Shown here: positions 51,643 to 62,830 of the stretch, piece by piece
Layout: the number at the start of each line of letters is the position of its first letter
How positions within the stretch are numbered: position 1 is the first letter of the stretch
Assembly (NCBI GenBank): GCA_977017575.1
Contig: CDRNVI010000019.1
Coordinates: 248,001 to 312,000 of the forward strand
Length of the DNA stretch: 64,000 nt
Source: Paramoeba atlantica
Taxonomy: Eukaryota > Protista > Discosea
Reading direction: 5' to 3'
Notes under the pieces: model-generated
Database searches by the model: none
Seen by the model: only the letters and a program-made list of their open reading frames with translations
What the model was told of the DNA's origin: nothing
Made by a program: the position numbers and the translations under genes

Positions 51643-54078
51643 CAGGGGCGGTTGTTGATCTTCCCCCCTCCTGGGAAATATTAATTTAAAATTAATAATT
51701 TTTTTATCCGTTTTTGCTCATTTTTGCAGCATTGAAGAGATCTCGTTCCCCTGGCGAAGCGCTTTTCCGCCTTTACCATAGGCCTAAATTTCCGGTCATG
51801 GAAAAAGAAAATCGGCTTACCGATTTGTCTTATCAAATCTAAGAAATTAGAATGAAACCACCTTCTTAGGAAGACCTCTCTAGGGGGAAGCACGCTTGAT
51901 ACAGGTCACAAGCCCGGCGTCTTCAGCTTTGGCAAAACAAGTGCGAGTGACCCCAACGCTCACGCGGCCCCTAACAAAAAAAGAGGTCTCCATCCTGTTC
52001 CGTTACAAGACAAGATCCTGTTCCGTTACAGTGTTTTCAAAATCAAAATTTTCTTTCCAATTTACCTGCCACGAGGCAAAGCACCCCCTGCGCCAACGGG
52101 TCTACACCCCCTCGAAGGGCCTGCCGGGCGGGCCCTTCAAAAAAAATTTCAGAAGCTTGTTTTCTTCAAAGGAACCTGTCACGAGGTAAAGCACGCCCCG
52201 CGTCAGCGGGTTTTCACACTCTCGAAGGGCAGAGTGTGTACATTATAATACATAGTGTTTTTTTATGAAGCGTTATTAAATTAAGTAACGCGGCCCTCTT
52301 TCTCTAGGCGTGTACGGCGCGATTCCGGTTGGTTCTTCAATTTGCGTGATGGTACACGTAATGTTTTAAGAAATAAGAGTTGTTCGTTTATTAAATTGGA
52401 TATGTATCGTGTTTTGCTCATTGATTTTAGAAGGTACAGCTTTATTTTCCAAAGCTTTCATTTGCTTGTCTACGGTTTTTACTACATGAGCAAATCTGAA
52501 GAAAGCAATACCCATAAAAAGGCTACGTGGCCCTCAACACAATTTATTAAAAGCAAAGAAAGTCAAAAATACGGAACTTGAACTTAAAAAGGCAGAAAGG
52601 GAGTTGGAGTCCGAGTTCACGGATCTCGACCCCTTTTCGATCACCGTGAAAAGTATTTCTGTGGAAGTGAGCAAGGAAAGTTTTCGAACGTTTTTTTCGT
52701 CCTTCGGAACGATAGTCAAAATGACCCTCCTGTCTAACAAACATCTCACCTTTGTTTCTTATGAAACAATTGAACAGGCGAAACGTGCTGAACACGCATA
52801 CCGATGCATGCAAGTGCATCTTAAAGCAAAAAGCAAAAAGCGGAAAGAACGGGATTAAGATTGGTAAGGTGTCAAGGGTTCGAAAGAAGTTTTTTAATGG
52901 ATAAATTTTACTATTTTTCTGGGTTTTTTTCGTGCATGTTTCCTTATTTTTTCATCCACTTTTTCCATCTTACTCTTTTTCTTATTAAACGCATACAAAT
53001 TTTTGTAGCACGTCACATCGATTGTAGTCATTTAGTATAGGGGTGAGAAAGTAAGAGCATGACCCTACATGTGTTTCTTTTAGTATATTATAAAAGTGTT
53101 GTTAAAAACCTCTTGTTAAACCTCTTGTTTTCAGTGCAAAGCGCACTGCAGTTTATTGGCCTACAGAACGTTTCTTATTTTATTGGATTTCTACACCTTG
53201 TTTAAAAATGATATTATTCCCTATTGAGCGCTTTCTGATGAATTGGTCTGAACTGGGCCGAGTCAACAAATGGAAATACTAGAAAACACCATTAGGTGCC
53301 AGTAACCCCTACCGAGCTACAACGTCAGCTACCTACAACGTCAGCTTCGTAAAGAGGTCTTGTGTGTTCTCTACTCAACAAGCGGTTATTTTTGGTCCTC
53401 TCGCTTTTCCGCTTTCACTTCCAATTCTCTTTTTTAGGCTCTTCGTTAAACGCGGAGGTAGGTTTCAACGCGAAGCGAGCAGTGACTTCTAAGTTAAAAA
53501 CAACCACCGCGTTTAACGAACAGCCTAAAAAAGATACAAAACATAATATGATACAAAACATACACATGGAAAAGAAAAATGTTTAGTTGTGCTTAATGAT
53601 GCTTAATTTATTCGGAGCTAAGTCCAGGGTATGTCGTTTTAGGAAAGAAAATTATTTTTTAATGCAAGGGTGGCGCTTGTGCAAGGCTGTCGTGATCGTG
53701 AAGCTTAATTTGTTTGTTTATAAATTTATCCACTATTTTTCATCGCTATTGATGTTTGTACTGAATTATTGCTTGAGCATAAAGAAATTAGAAGACTATT
53801 TCAGCCTACACACATTCAAAAAACCCACACAACCATGAAAATATGGAATTTTCACCATGAAAATATGGAATTGGAACCATGAAAAAATGGTTCTGTGCAC
53901 AAAAGACGTCCGAAAAATTCGTACTTTTTGGGCCATGCGGCACCAGGGAGTCTCTATGAAAAAAAGGCGACAAAGCGCTTCGCTACGGGAACGAGACCTC
54001 TTCAACGCTGCGAAAATGAGCGAACACGGATAAGAAAATTAAAATTTCCCAGGAAGGGAACATCAACATCCGCCCCTG
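51643..54078. mobile_element. TIR element with CAGGGGCGG ends (hAT-like termini), non-autonomous
   Basis: The segment 51643-51770 is a diverged inverted copy of 53955-54078 (CAGGGGCGGTTGTTGATCTTCCC versus GGGAACATCAACATCCGCCCCTG). No clean TSD. Confidence 0.65.
52486..52858 (+). pseudogene. RRM-domain ORF (frameshifted cargo inside a TIR element)
   Basis: SITVKSISVEVSKESFRTFFSSFGTIVKMTLLSNKHLTFVSYETIEQAKRA fits the RNP2/RNP1 pattern. The only upstream ATG (52486) is out of frame. Confidence 0.55.
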
Positions 54079-54320
54079 TATGAATACTTGGAAGTGTGTT
54101 CGTATATTTCGTATACTGTGCCCCCCCCCCCCACTTATAGTGCCGCGGGGTACCCCCCCACTTATAGTGCCGTTTGAAAAAAAATGTCCGAAAAAAAATG
54201 ACTAATTATTTTTGACCAAAAAGGACAGTAAACATGGTGGAAATTTCTAATATTGAGAGCTTCGTTAAACGTGGTGGTTGTTTTCAACTCATGGAAGTCA
54301 CTCATGCTGCGCGGGGGAAA

Positions 54321-54472
54321 GTCAAGGAATATTGCATAAGTCAAGGAATATTGCATAAGTCAAGGAGTATTGCAAAAGTCAAGGAATATTGCATAAGTCA
54401 AGGAATATTGCATAAGTCAAGGAATATTGCATAAGTCAAGGAATATTGCATAAGTCAAGGAATATTGTATAA
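54321..54472 (+). repeat. 19-bp minisatellite (GTCAAGGAATATTGCATAA) x8
   Basis: Eight head-to-tail copies, repeated at 56348-56499 and 58375-58526. Three inverted degenerate copies lie at 60776-60832. Confidence 0.95.
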
Positions 54473-54529
54473 GCCGTAATTTGTGTTGTTTCTTTTTTTT
54501 AATGCCTCAGCGTAGTGTGAACTGGTTTT

Positions 54530-55214
54530 GTGAGGCTTGCGACGACTTTATTTGCATTGAGCATCTGTCTTTCACTAATTTTTGGGGACACGAGTGAAGA
54601 AATTCTAGCTCGTTGGTTGCGGAATCATCGGCTGGTGGCACAACAGGTCTGGTGTAACAAAAAAAAGTACCGTGGAAATAAGGAATTATCTTGCGTCTGC
54701 GACGGAGAGTTTTGGTATTGCCCTGACCTGGAGACCAACGGTTGCCGGGCTCGGTACAGCATCATGGAACCCCTTTTTAGTGAGAAGAGCAAACGGGACA
54801 TCAAAGACACTCTGCAGATCCTGTACAGTTTGGCTCAAGGTATAGCAGTCAAGCATATTTTGCGCGAAAGTACGCTGAGTAGAGTGACTGTTATGGCTGT
54901 CACGCAAATGCTTGAATTCATAATTGCCATGGCGCACGACATGCGCTTTGATGCGGCGGAAGGCACGGTAGTCTTTATGCAAAAAGACTTGCGTTTCCAA
55001 GATTAAACGCATGGGATGTGGGAAAGGGAAAAGAGTACGTCGTGATGGGTCTTCCTGGTACCATACACTTGTGAATTGTGATCAAGTGCTTGATACCACC
55101 GGAGGGGTGCATTATCCCATGAAGGAAATCTTTGTTCGGTATCTGGAAAAGACGGACGCAGCCACCATGACAGCACATGTCCGACATCTCGCCAAAACCT
55201 ATCGTACCCAAATA
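54530..55214 (+). pseudogene. Merlin/IS1595 transposase 5' fragment (repeat copy 1)
   Basis: Cys cluster CNK...CVC...WYC...CRARYSI followed by a helical region LSRVTV, then VRYLEKTDAATM. Cut by a MITE left end at 55215. Confidence 0.65.
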
Positions 55215-56556
55215 CAGGGGGGTGCACGAAAATATGGGGGGGGTCAAAATTCTACTCTAAATATAACTCGACCAATTTTGGAAAACAATAGCGCATTCGA
55301 GAGCTCTCACAGAGTTACGTGTCATGTGATATTACGTTTTACGTAGTTTCCAGGTATATGCCTTCTCCTGAATACAGTGAAAAGGACAACTGCAAGTTTT
55401 TTTCTGGTAAAAAAAAAGTTAGTATCCACAATTTGCACCTTTTTTCTCCAACACAATTTTCACACACGTTGGAACACTCTTTAAAGTCCTCAAAAATACA
55501 TCGTATTGCGCCCCTTTCAATTTTTCGACCCCAGAAGCGATCGGTCGTCTCAAATCTTCACGATTCGTTAGACAAAACGAGTTTTTATGTTCGTCCATAT
55601 CAGAATCAAGATTTTTTTAACCAAGAGTATCCTGTAAGATTCGGAGCTAAGTCCAGGGTATGTCGTTTTAGGAAAGAAAATTATTTTTTAATGCAAGGGT
55701 GGCGCTTGTGCAAGGCTGTCGTGATCGTGAAGCTTAATTTGTTTGTTTATAAATTTATCCACTATTTTTCATCGCTATTGATGTTTGTACTGAATTATTG
55801 CTTGAGCATAAAGAAATTAGAAGACTATTTCAGCCTACACACATTCAAAAAACCCACACAACCATGAAAATATGGAATTTTCACCATGAAAATATGGAAT
55901 TGGAACCATGAAAAAATGGTTCTGTGCACAAAAGACGTCCGAAAAATTCGTACTTTTTGGGCCATGCGGCACCAGGGGGTCTCTATGAAAAAAAGGCGAC
56001 AAAGCGCTTCGCTACGGGAACGAGACCTCTTCAACGCTGCGAAAATGAGCGAACACGGATAAGAAAATTAAAATTTCCCAGGAAGGGAACATCAACATCC
56101 GCCCCTGTATGAATACTTGGAAGTGTGTTCGTATATTTCGTATACTGTGCCCCCCCCCCACTTATAGTGCCGCGGGGTACCCCCCCACTTATAGTGCCGT
56201 TTGAAAAAAAATGTCCGAAAAAAAATGACTAATTATTTTTGACCAAAAAGGACAGTAAACATGGTGGAAATTTCTAATATTGAGAGCTTCGTTAAACGTG
56301 GTGGTTGTTTTCAACTCATGGAAGTCACTCATGCTGCGCGGGGGAAAGTCAAGGAATATTGCATAAGTCAAGGAATATTGCATAAGTCAAGGAGTATTGC
56401 AAAAGTCAAGGAATATTGCATAAGTCAAGGAATATTGCATAAGTCAAGGAATATTGCATAAGTCAAGGAATATTGCATAAGTCAAGGAATATTGTATAAG
56501 CCGTAATTTGTGTTGTTTCTTTTTTTTAATGCCTCAGCGTAGTGTGAACTGGTTTT

Positions 56557-57241
56557 GTGAGGCTTGCGACGACTTTATTTGCATTGAGCATCTGTCTTTC
56601 ACTAATTTTTGGGGACACGAGTGAAGAAATTCTAGCTCGTTGGTTGCGGAATCATCGGCTGGTGGCACAACAGGTCTGGTGTAACAAAAAAAAGTACCGT
56701 GGAAATAAGGAATTATCTTGCGTCTGCGACGGAGAGTTTTGGTATTGCCCTGACCTGGAGACCAACGGTTGCCGGGCTCGGTACAGCATCATGGAACCCC
56801 TTTTTAGTGAGAAGAGCAAACGGGACATCAAAGACACTCTGCAGATCCTGTACAGTTTGGCTCAAGGTATAGCAGTCAAGCATATTTTGCGCGAAAGTAC
56901 GCTGAGTAGAGTGACTGTTATGGCTGTCACGCAAATGCTTGAATTCATAATTGCCATGGCGCACGACATGCGCTTTGATGCGGCGGAAGGCACGGTAGTC
57001 TTTATGCAAAAAGACTTGCGTTTCCAAGATTAAACGCATGGGATGTGGGAAAGGGAAAAGAGTACGTCGTGATGGGTCTTCCTGGTACCATACACTTGTG
57101 AATTGTGATCAAGTGCTTGATACCACCGGAGGGGTGCATTATCCCATGAAGGAAATCTTTGTTCGGTATCTGGAAAAGACGGACGCAGCCACCATGACAG
57201 CACATGTCCGACATCTCGCCAAAACCTATCGTACCCAAATA
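56557..57241 (+). pseudogene. Merlin/IS1595 transposase 5' fragment (repeat copy 2)
   Basis: Identical to copy 1. Cut by a MITE left end at 57242. Confidence 0.65.
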
Positions 57242-58169
57242 CAGGGGGGTGCACGAAAATATGGGGGGGGTCAAAATTCTACTCTAAATATAACTCGACC
57301 AATTTTGGAAAACAATAGCGCATTCGAGAGCTCTCACAGAGTTACGTGTCATGTGATATTACGTTTTACGTAGTTTCCAGGTATATGCCTTCTCCTGAAT
57401 ACAGTGAAAAGGACAACTGCAAGTTTTTTTCTGGTAAAAAAAAAGTTAGTATCCACAATTTGCACCTTTTTTCTCCAACACAATTTTCACACACGTTGGA
57501 ACACTCTTTAAAGTCCTCAAAAATACATCGTATTGCGCCCCTTTCAATTTTTCGACCCCAGAAGCGATCGGTCGTCTCAAATCTTCACGATTCGTTAGAC
57601 AAAACGAGTTTTTATGTTCGTCCATATCAGAATCAAGATTTTTTTAACCAAGAGTATCCTGTAAGATTCGGAGCTAAGTCCAGGGTATGTCGTTTTAGGA
57701 AAGAAAATTATTTTTTAATGCAAGGGTGGCGCTTGTGCAAGGCTGTCGTGATCGTGAAGCTTAATTTGTTTGTTTATAAATTTATCCACTATTTTTCATC
57801 GCTATTGATGTTTGTACTGAATTATTGCTTGAGCATAAAGAAATTAGAAGACTATTTCAGCCTACACACATTCAAAAAACCCACACAACCATGAAAATAT
57901 GGAATTTTCACCATGAAAATATGGAATTGGAACCATGAAAAAATGGTTCTGTGCACAAAAGACGTCCGAAAAATTCGTACTTTTTGGGCCATGCGGCACC
58001 AGGGGGTCTCTATGAAAAAAAGGCGACAAAGCGCTTCGCTACGGGAACGAGACCTCTTCAACGCTGCGAAAATGAGCGAACACGGATAAGAAAATTAAAA
58101 TTTCCCAGGAAGGGAACATCAACATCCGCCCCTGTATGAATACTTGGAAGTGTGTTCGTATATTTCGTA

Positions 58170-61100
58170 TACTGTGCCCCCCCCCCACTTATAGTGCCGC
58201 GGGGTACCCCCCCACTTATAGTGCCGTTTGAAAAAAAATGTCCGAAAAAAAATGACTAATTATTTTTGACCAAAAAGGACAGTAAACATGGTGGAAATTT
58301 CTAATATTGAGAGCTTCGTTAAACGTGGTGGTTGTTTTCAACTCATGGAAGTCACTCATGCTGCGCGGGGGAAAGTCAAGGAATATTGCATAAGTCAAGG
58401 AATATTGCATAAGTCAAGGAGTATTGCAAAAGTCAAGGAATATTGCATAAGTCAAGGAATATTGCATAAGTCAAGGAATATTGCATAAGTCAAGGAATAT
58501 TGCATAAGTCAAGGAATATTGTATAAGCCGTAATTTGTGTTGTTTCTTTTTTTTAATGCCTCAGCGTAGTGTGAACTGGTTTTGTGAGGCTTGCGACGAC
58601 TTTATTTGCATTGAGCATCTGTCTTTCACTAATTTTTGGGGACACGAGTGAAGAAATTCTAGCTCGTTGGTTGCGGAATCATCGGCTGGTGGCACAACAG
58701 GTCTGGTGTAACAAAAAAAAGTACCGTGGAAATAAGGAATTATCTTGCGTCTGCGACGGAGAGTTTTGGTATTGCCCTGACCTGGAGACCAACGGTTGCC
58801 GGGCTCGGTACAGCATCATGGAACCCCTTTTTAGTGAGAAGAGCAAACGGGACATCAAAGACACTCTGCAGATCCTGTACAGTTTGGCTCAAGGTATAGC
58901 AGTCAAGCATATTTTGCGCGAAAGTACGCTGAGTAGAGTGACTGTTATGGCTGTCACGCAAATGCTTGAATTCATAATTGCCATGGCGCACGACATGCGC
59001 TTTGATGCGGCGGAAGGCACGGTAGTCTTTATGCAAAAAGACTTGCGTTTCCAAGATTAAACGCATGGGATGTGGGAAAGGGAAAAGAGTACGTCGTGAT
59101 GGGTCTTCCTGGTACCATACACTTGTGAATTGTGATCAAGTGCTTGATACCACCGGAGGGGTGCATTATCCCATGAAGGAAATCTTTGTTCGGTATCTGG
59201 AAAAGACGGACGCAGCCACCATGACAGCACATGTCCGACATCTCGCCAAAACCTATCGTACCCAAATACAGGGGGGTGCACGAAAATATGGGGGGGGTCA
59301 AAATTCTACTCTAAATATAACTCGACCAATTTTGGAAAACAATAGCGCATTCGAGAGCTCTCACAGAGTTACGTGTCATGTGATATTACGTTTTACGTAG
59401 TTTCCAGGTATATGCCTTCTCCTGAATACAGTGAAAAGGACAACTGCAAGTTTTTTTCTGGTAAAAAGAAAGTTAGTATCCACAATTTGCACCTTTTTTC
59501 TCCAACACAATTTTCACACACGTTGGAACACTCTTTAAAGTCCTCAAAAATACATCGTATTGCGCCCCTTTCAATTTTTCGACCCCAGAAGCGATCGGTC
59601 GTCTCAAATCTTCACGATTCGTTAGACAAAACGAGTTTTTATGTTCGTCCATATCAGAATCAAGATTTTTTTAACCAAGAGTATCCTGTAAGATGCTTTA
59701 AGTTGCCCACGAGGCGAATAACAAAATCTACTCCGTTTCTGCACCTTTTAATTATTCGAATATGACCTTTTCTGGGGCATAGTACTGTATTAGGATCAAA
59801 AAAGTCGATAAATTCATAAAAAAAAAGTATTTTTTTTCAAAAACCTGCAGAATTTTGCACTTTGAAAAATCATGATTTTTTTAAATTTTTAAAAAAATTT
59901 AAAAATGCGGGAAACGCATTATCACATGACACGTAACTCTGTGAGAGCTCTCGAATGCGTTATTATTTTCCAAAATTGGCGAAGTCATAAGAATTTTGAC
60001 CCCCCCCATATTTTCGTGCACCCCCCTGTATATACGGACGGTGCTGCAGCAAGCAAGTGCCTAAGTAGAGAGTGGCGCCATGGTGTGGTAAACGACAAGA
60101 AGGTGTGGGTTGCTGCAACTGGTGTTCACACGAACACCGTGGAGGCAGCTAATTCAAGTCTCAAAAAGGAGCTTTTTTAATTCAAGTCTTAAAATAATTC
60201 AAGTCTCAAAAAGTCGGGGCGGTCGCCTTGGCAATGCAGAGGACGTCCGCACCAACCGCATGAAGCTCTTTGCTGAACTTGCGAATGGTTCTCTAACGGT
60301 CAATGGCAACTCCCGTATTCGTCGCATCTTCCAAGACATTCGCATGTTTTGCGCCCAGGTATGTTTTTTCCGGGACGACGAAGAGGAAACAGATGAATAG
60401 GATGCTACTCATTCCAGAATTATTTCTTCCAGAATTGTCCACGTTAGCAACACTCATATTCTTCTACACTAGTATTTGCAAGATATTACATTCCCATATC
60501 GTGTAAAAGTATTTCTCATATAACGGTTGTACGTGTTGACATGCTAGAAGTAACATAGGAGGTCCTAGGACTGTCCTACCTCAGTGGCCCAGCCGTGCGT
60601 TCGGCCCCTCATATTCCCCAAAACAACTACCACCTTCCCCCCCTATTTAGCGGGGGTCGCGCGAGAGATTTAGCGTCGCCGATTTTTTTTTTCGTGCTTC
60701 GGATTCTCATTTCACCCCCCCCCCTTTAATAGAGACAAACCACGAAATTTTGTCTACATTAAAGGGGAAGGTCACAGTATGCAATATTCCCTGGTTATGC
60801 GATATTGCTTGACTTATGCAATATTCCTTTACTTTGGCCTGCTGCGCGCTTAGCGTTGAAAACTACCTCCGCGCTTAACGAAATTTGTTTACGAATTCAT
60901 ATTTCACAATTATTATTTTTACACCCCCGCCCAAAAGTATTGTTCACAAAAATAACCGACACACAAAGTATTGTATTTATTAGTCTCGACCATTTTTTTT
61001 GAGTTTTAACCTGAATTTTAGTTGTTTTTTTCAAATCTTCAGGAAATTAGTATAATGAGCTCTGATATACGCGGCCACTTGATCTTCATCTCGAGGGAAG

Positions 61101-61575
61101 CTGAGTGATTTCTCTCCTATTTTTATGCTTCACTACACGTTTGCACAGATCCGATATGATAATGTCCAACTTTTTGGAGGCCAGTGGCAACTCGTGGAAA
61201 TCGACAAAAAATATTGTATTTTCAAAAATAAATGAGTGGATATGTTTATTTATTTTACCCCCTATTTATTTTATTTTTATTAGTATCGACCCAAATTTCG
61301 TGGTCGATACTAATAAATTACAATACATTTTTGGTGGGGGTGTAGGGCATCTCTATTTCACATTTTTACGACCACTATACTTCATACACAGCAGTGGAAT
61401 AGAAACTTCATTTACAGCGCTTAGGCACTCAAAACCGCACGATCGAAAGAATTGCGCCGCGAAGCGGCGCGCTTTTTTTTTGAATGTGGAAAAATTTTCA
61501 CTCTCGACTACCCCCCCACCACACACTAGTGCCGTTTGGTCGAAAACCGCGGCACTATAAGTCGGGGGCACAGTA
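58170..61575 (+). mobile_element. Merlin (IS1595-like) DNA transposon, interrupted
   Basis: Outer IRs TACTGTGCCCCC..ACTTATAGTGCCGC at 58170 and GCGGCACTATAAGTCGGGGGCACAGTA ending at 61575. Transposase remnants span 58584-60400, including IYTDG...HGVVN...WV..TGVHTNTVE...LK. The flanks ATTTCGTA and AATTCGTC match 6/8 and may be a decayed 8-bp TSD. Confidence 0.75.
59269..60028. mobile_element. MITE family C (760 bp, about 110-bp TIRs, TA TSD)
   Basis: TA|CAGGGGGGTGCACGAAAATATGGGGGGGGTCAAAATTC ... GAATTTTGACCCCCCCCATATTTTCGTGCACCCCCCTG|TA. Left-end-only copies start at 55215 and 57242. Confidence 0.92.
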
Positions 61576-61613
61576 AATTCGTCTGCCCGGTCCCAGATAG
61601 AAATTACATCACA

Positions 61614-62477
61614 TTATACCGGCTTCATAATTACTATAACATGTAATCCTCCGAAGAAATACCGTTTGTTGTACAATATCATACCACCTTGCTCTTCCAC
61701 AAGCCTCTCAATATCAAGAGTCAAACAAAAGGATGTGTTAAATTCTTTTTTAATGTGCTGTAGCACGGTATTAATTGGTGTGTACAAAAATTTCCCCCAA
61801 TCAAGTATCACAACGCAAGGCTTTTCACCCTCTAAGATGGTACGAGAACTCGGCTTTCCATGCGGTATTCGAGACGACTTTACTATTCGAAGCATTTCCG
61901 ATATTAATTTATCGTGTCCGAAAGGGCGTGTTGAAAGCCCATACGCACAAAAAACAGTATCTACAGATGAATCCACGAACGGTAATTTAGTCCAAAATCG
62001 GGAGTTTCTGATTATCCCCTCGTCTAAAGGTTCTTCAAAATCAGGAAATAAGGTTCCACACAGTTTCTGTTCAGTTCGTGATGACTCAATAACAATTCTT
62101 GCATCGAATGGGATAGGAGACGAAATAAATTCGGGCGTGTTGTCCAGCGCATATGCCATTTCTGTATGGTCCGAATCAATAGCGGTGTACCGCGCGATAT
62201 TAACCATTTGCGTTGTATCGCATCCCCTTTTACATTCTCTTGCTTTGTAAGCGCGCATCAGCAGTCTAAATTGTGGGAGTGTAAGTGATGGATGGACGTC
62301 AACCACCCAGCCGTGTAGTGCTCGGCAAGCTGTATATCGAGCTCGCTTTAAAAATATGTTTGGTATCTGACTACAGCCATACATTGTTCCCAAAAAAACG
62401 GCGCCGTACATGGCATAAGTAAGTGACTTCGTGTGAAATCTACTCCACCCTTCATAATCCAAATGAGGAGCTGTCAT
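61614..62477 (-). CDS. Class I SAM methyltransferase-like protein (Methyltransf_11/OMS1-like) with N-terminal TM
   Basis: YTAIDSD, LPFVDSSVDTVFCAYGL, LISEMLRIVK, VVILDWG, LDIERLVEEQG..RYFFG. The hydrophobic N-terminus is YAMYGAVFLGTMYG. Confidence 0.75.
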   Translation of the reverse strand: MTAPHLDYEGWSRFHTKSLTYAMYGAVFLGTMYGCSQIPNIFLKRARYTACRALHGWVVDVHPSLTLPQFRLLMRAYKARECKRGCDTTQMVNIARYTAIDSDHTEMAYALDNTPEFISSPIPFDARIVIESSRTEQKLCGTLFPDFEEPLDEGIIRNSRFWTKLPFVDSSVDTVFCAYGLSTRPFGHDKLISEMLRIVKSSRIPHGKPSSRTILEGEKPCVVILDWGKFLYTPINTVLQHIKKEFNTSFCLTLDIERLVEEQGGMILYNKRYFFGGLHVIVIMKPV

Positions 62478-62830
62478 GAAGATTTATATAGGAAAATGAA
62501 ATGAAATAGGAAAAATAGGAATGGGACGTTTTCGCCACGCAAAATTTATCGATCCAAACGAATTGAGGGGCTACGGGTGGGGATTGGGTGTGGTCTCGGC
62601 GCCGTCTCGGAAATGAAAATTCCATGAATTTCTCCATGCAAATTTAGGAGAAAAGTTTAAAGGAAGAGAAAAACGCACTGCTGTTAGTAAGAAGGATGAA
62701 AAAGATTTAGAAAAAGAAAGGAAAGCTAAAAGAGCACACCGAACGTAAAGTTTCGCCAACTTTTTTATCCATTCCCATCAAAATACAAACCGCGGTCTCG
62801 TTGCGGTTATTATTGAAAAAGGTGAAATTA

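Larger units (their letters stand above)
53610..59694 (+). repeat. Tandem triplication, 3 x about 2027 bp
   Basis: Units start at 53610, 55639 and 57666. The ORF sets recur at +2027/+2029 offsets, with only a few single-base or homopolymer differences. Confidence 0.97.

Noticed and set aside
54321-54472. CRISPR-like array
   Set aside because: The 19-bp units are head-to-tail with no unique spacers, there are no cas genes, and the context is eukaryotic.
54530-55006. 158-aa 'secreted protein' with signal-peptide-like start, present three times
   Set aside because: It starts at GTG, and its Cys cluster and downstream frames match a Merlin transposase N-terminus. The three copies come from the tandem triplication.
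62061-62070. Second SL-like CAGTTTCTGT
   Set aside because: Only 10 nt, antisense within a CDS, and expected by chance.
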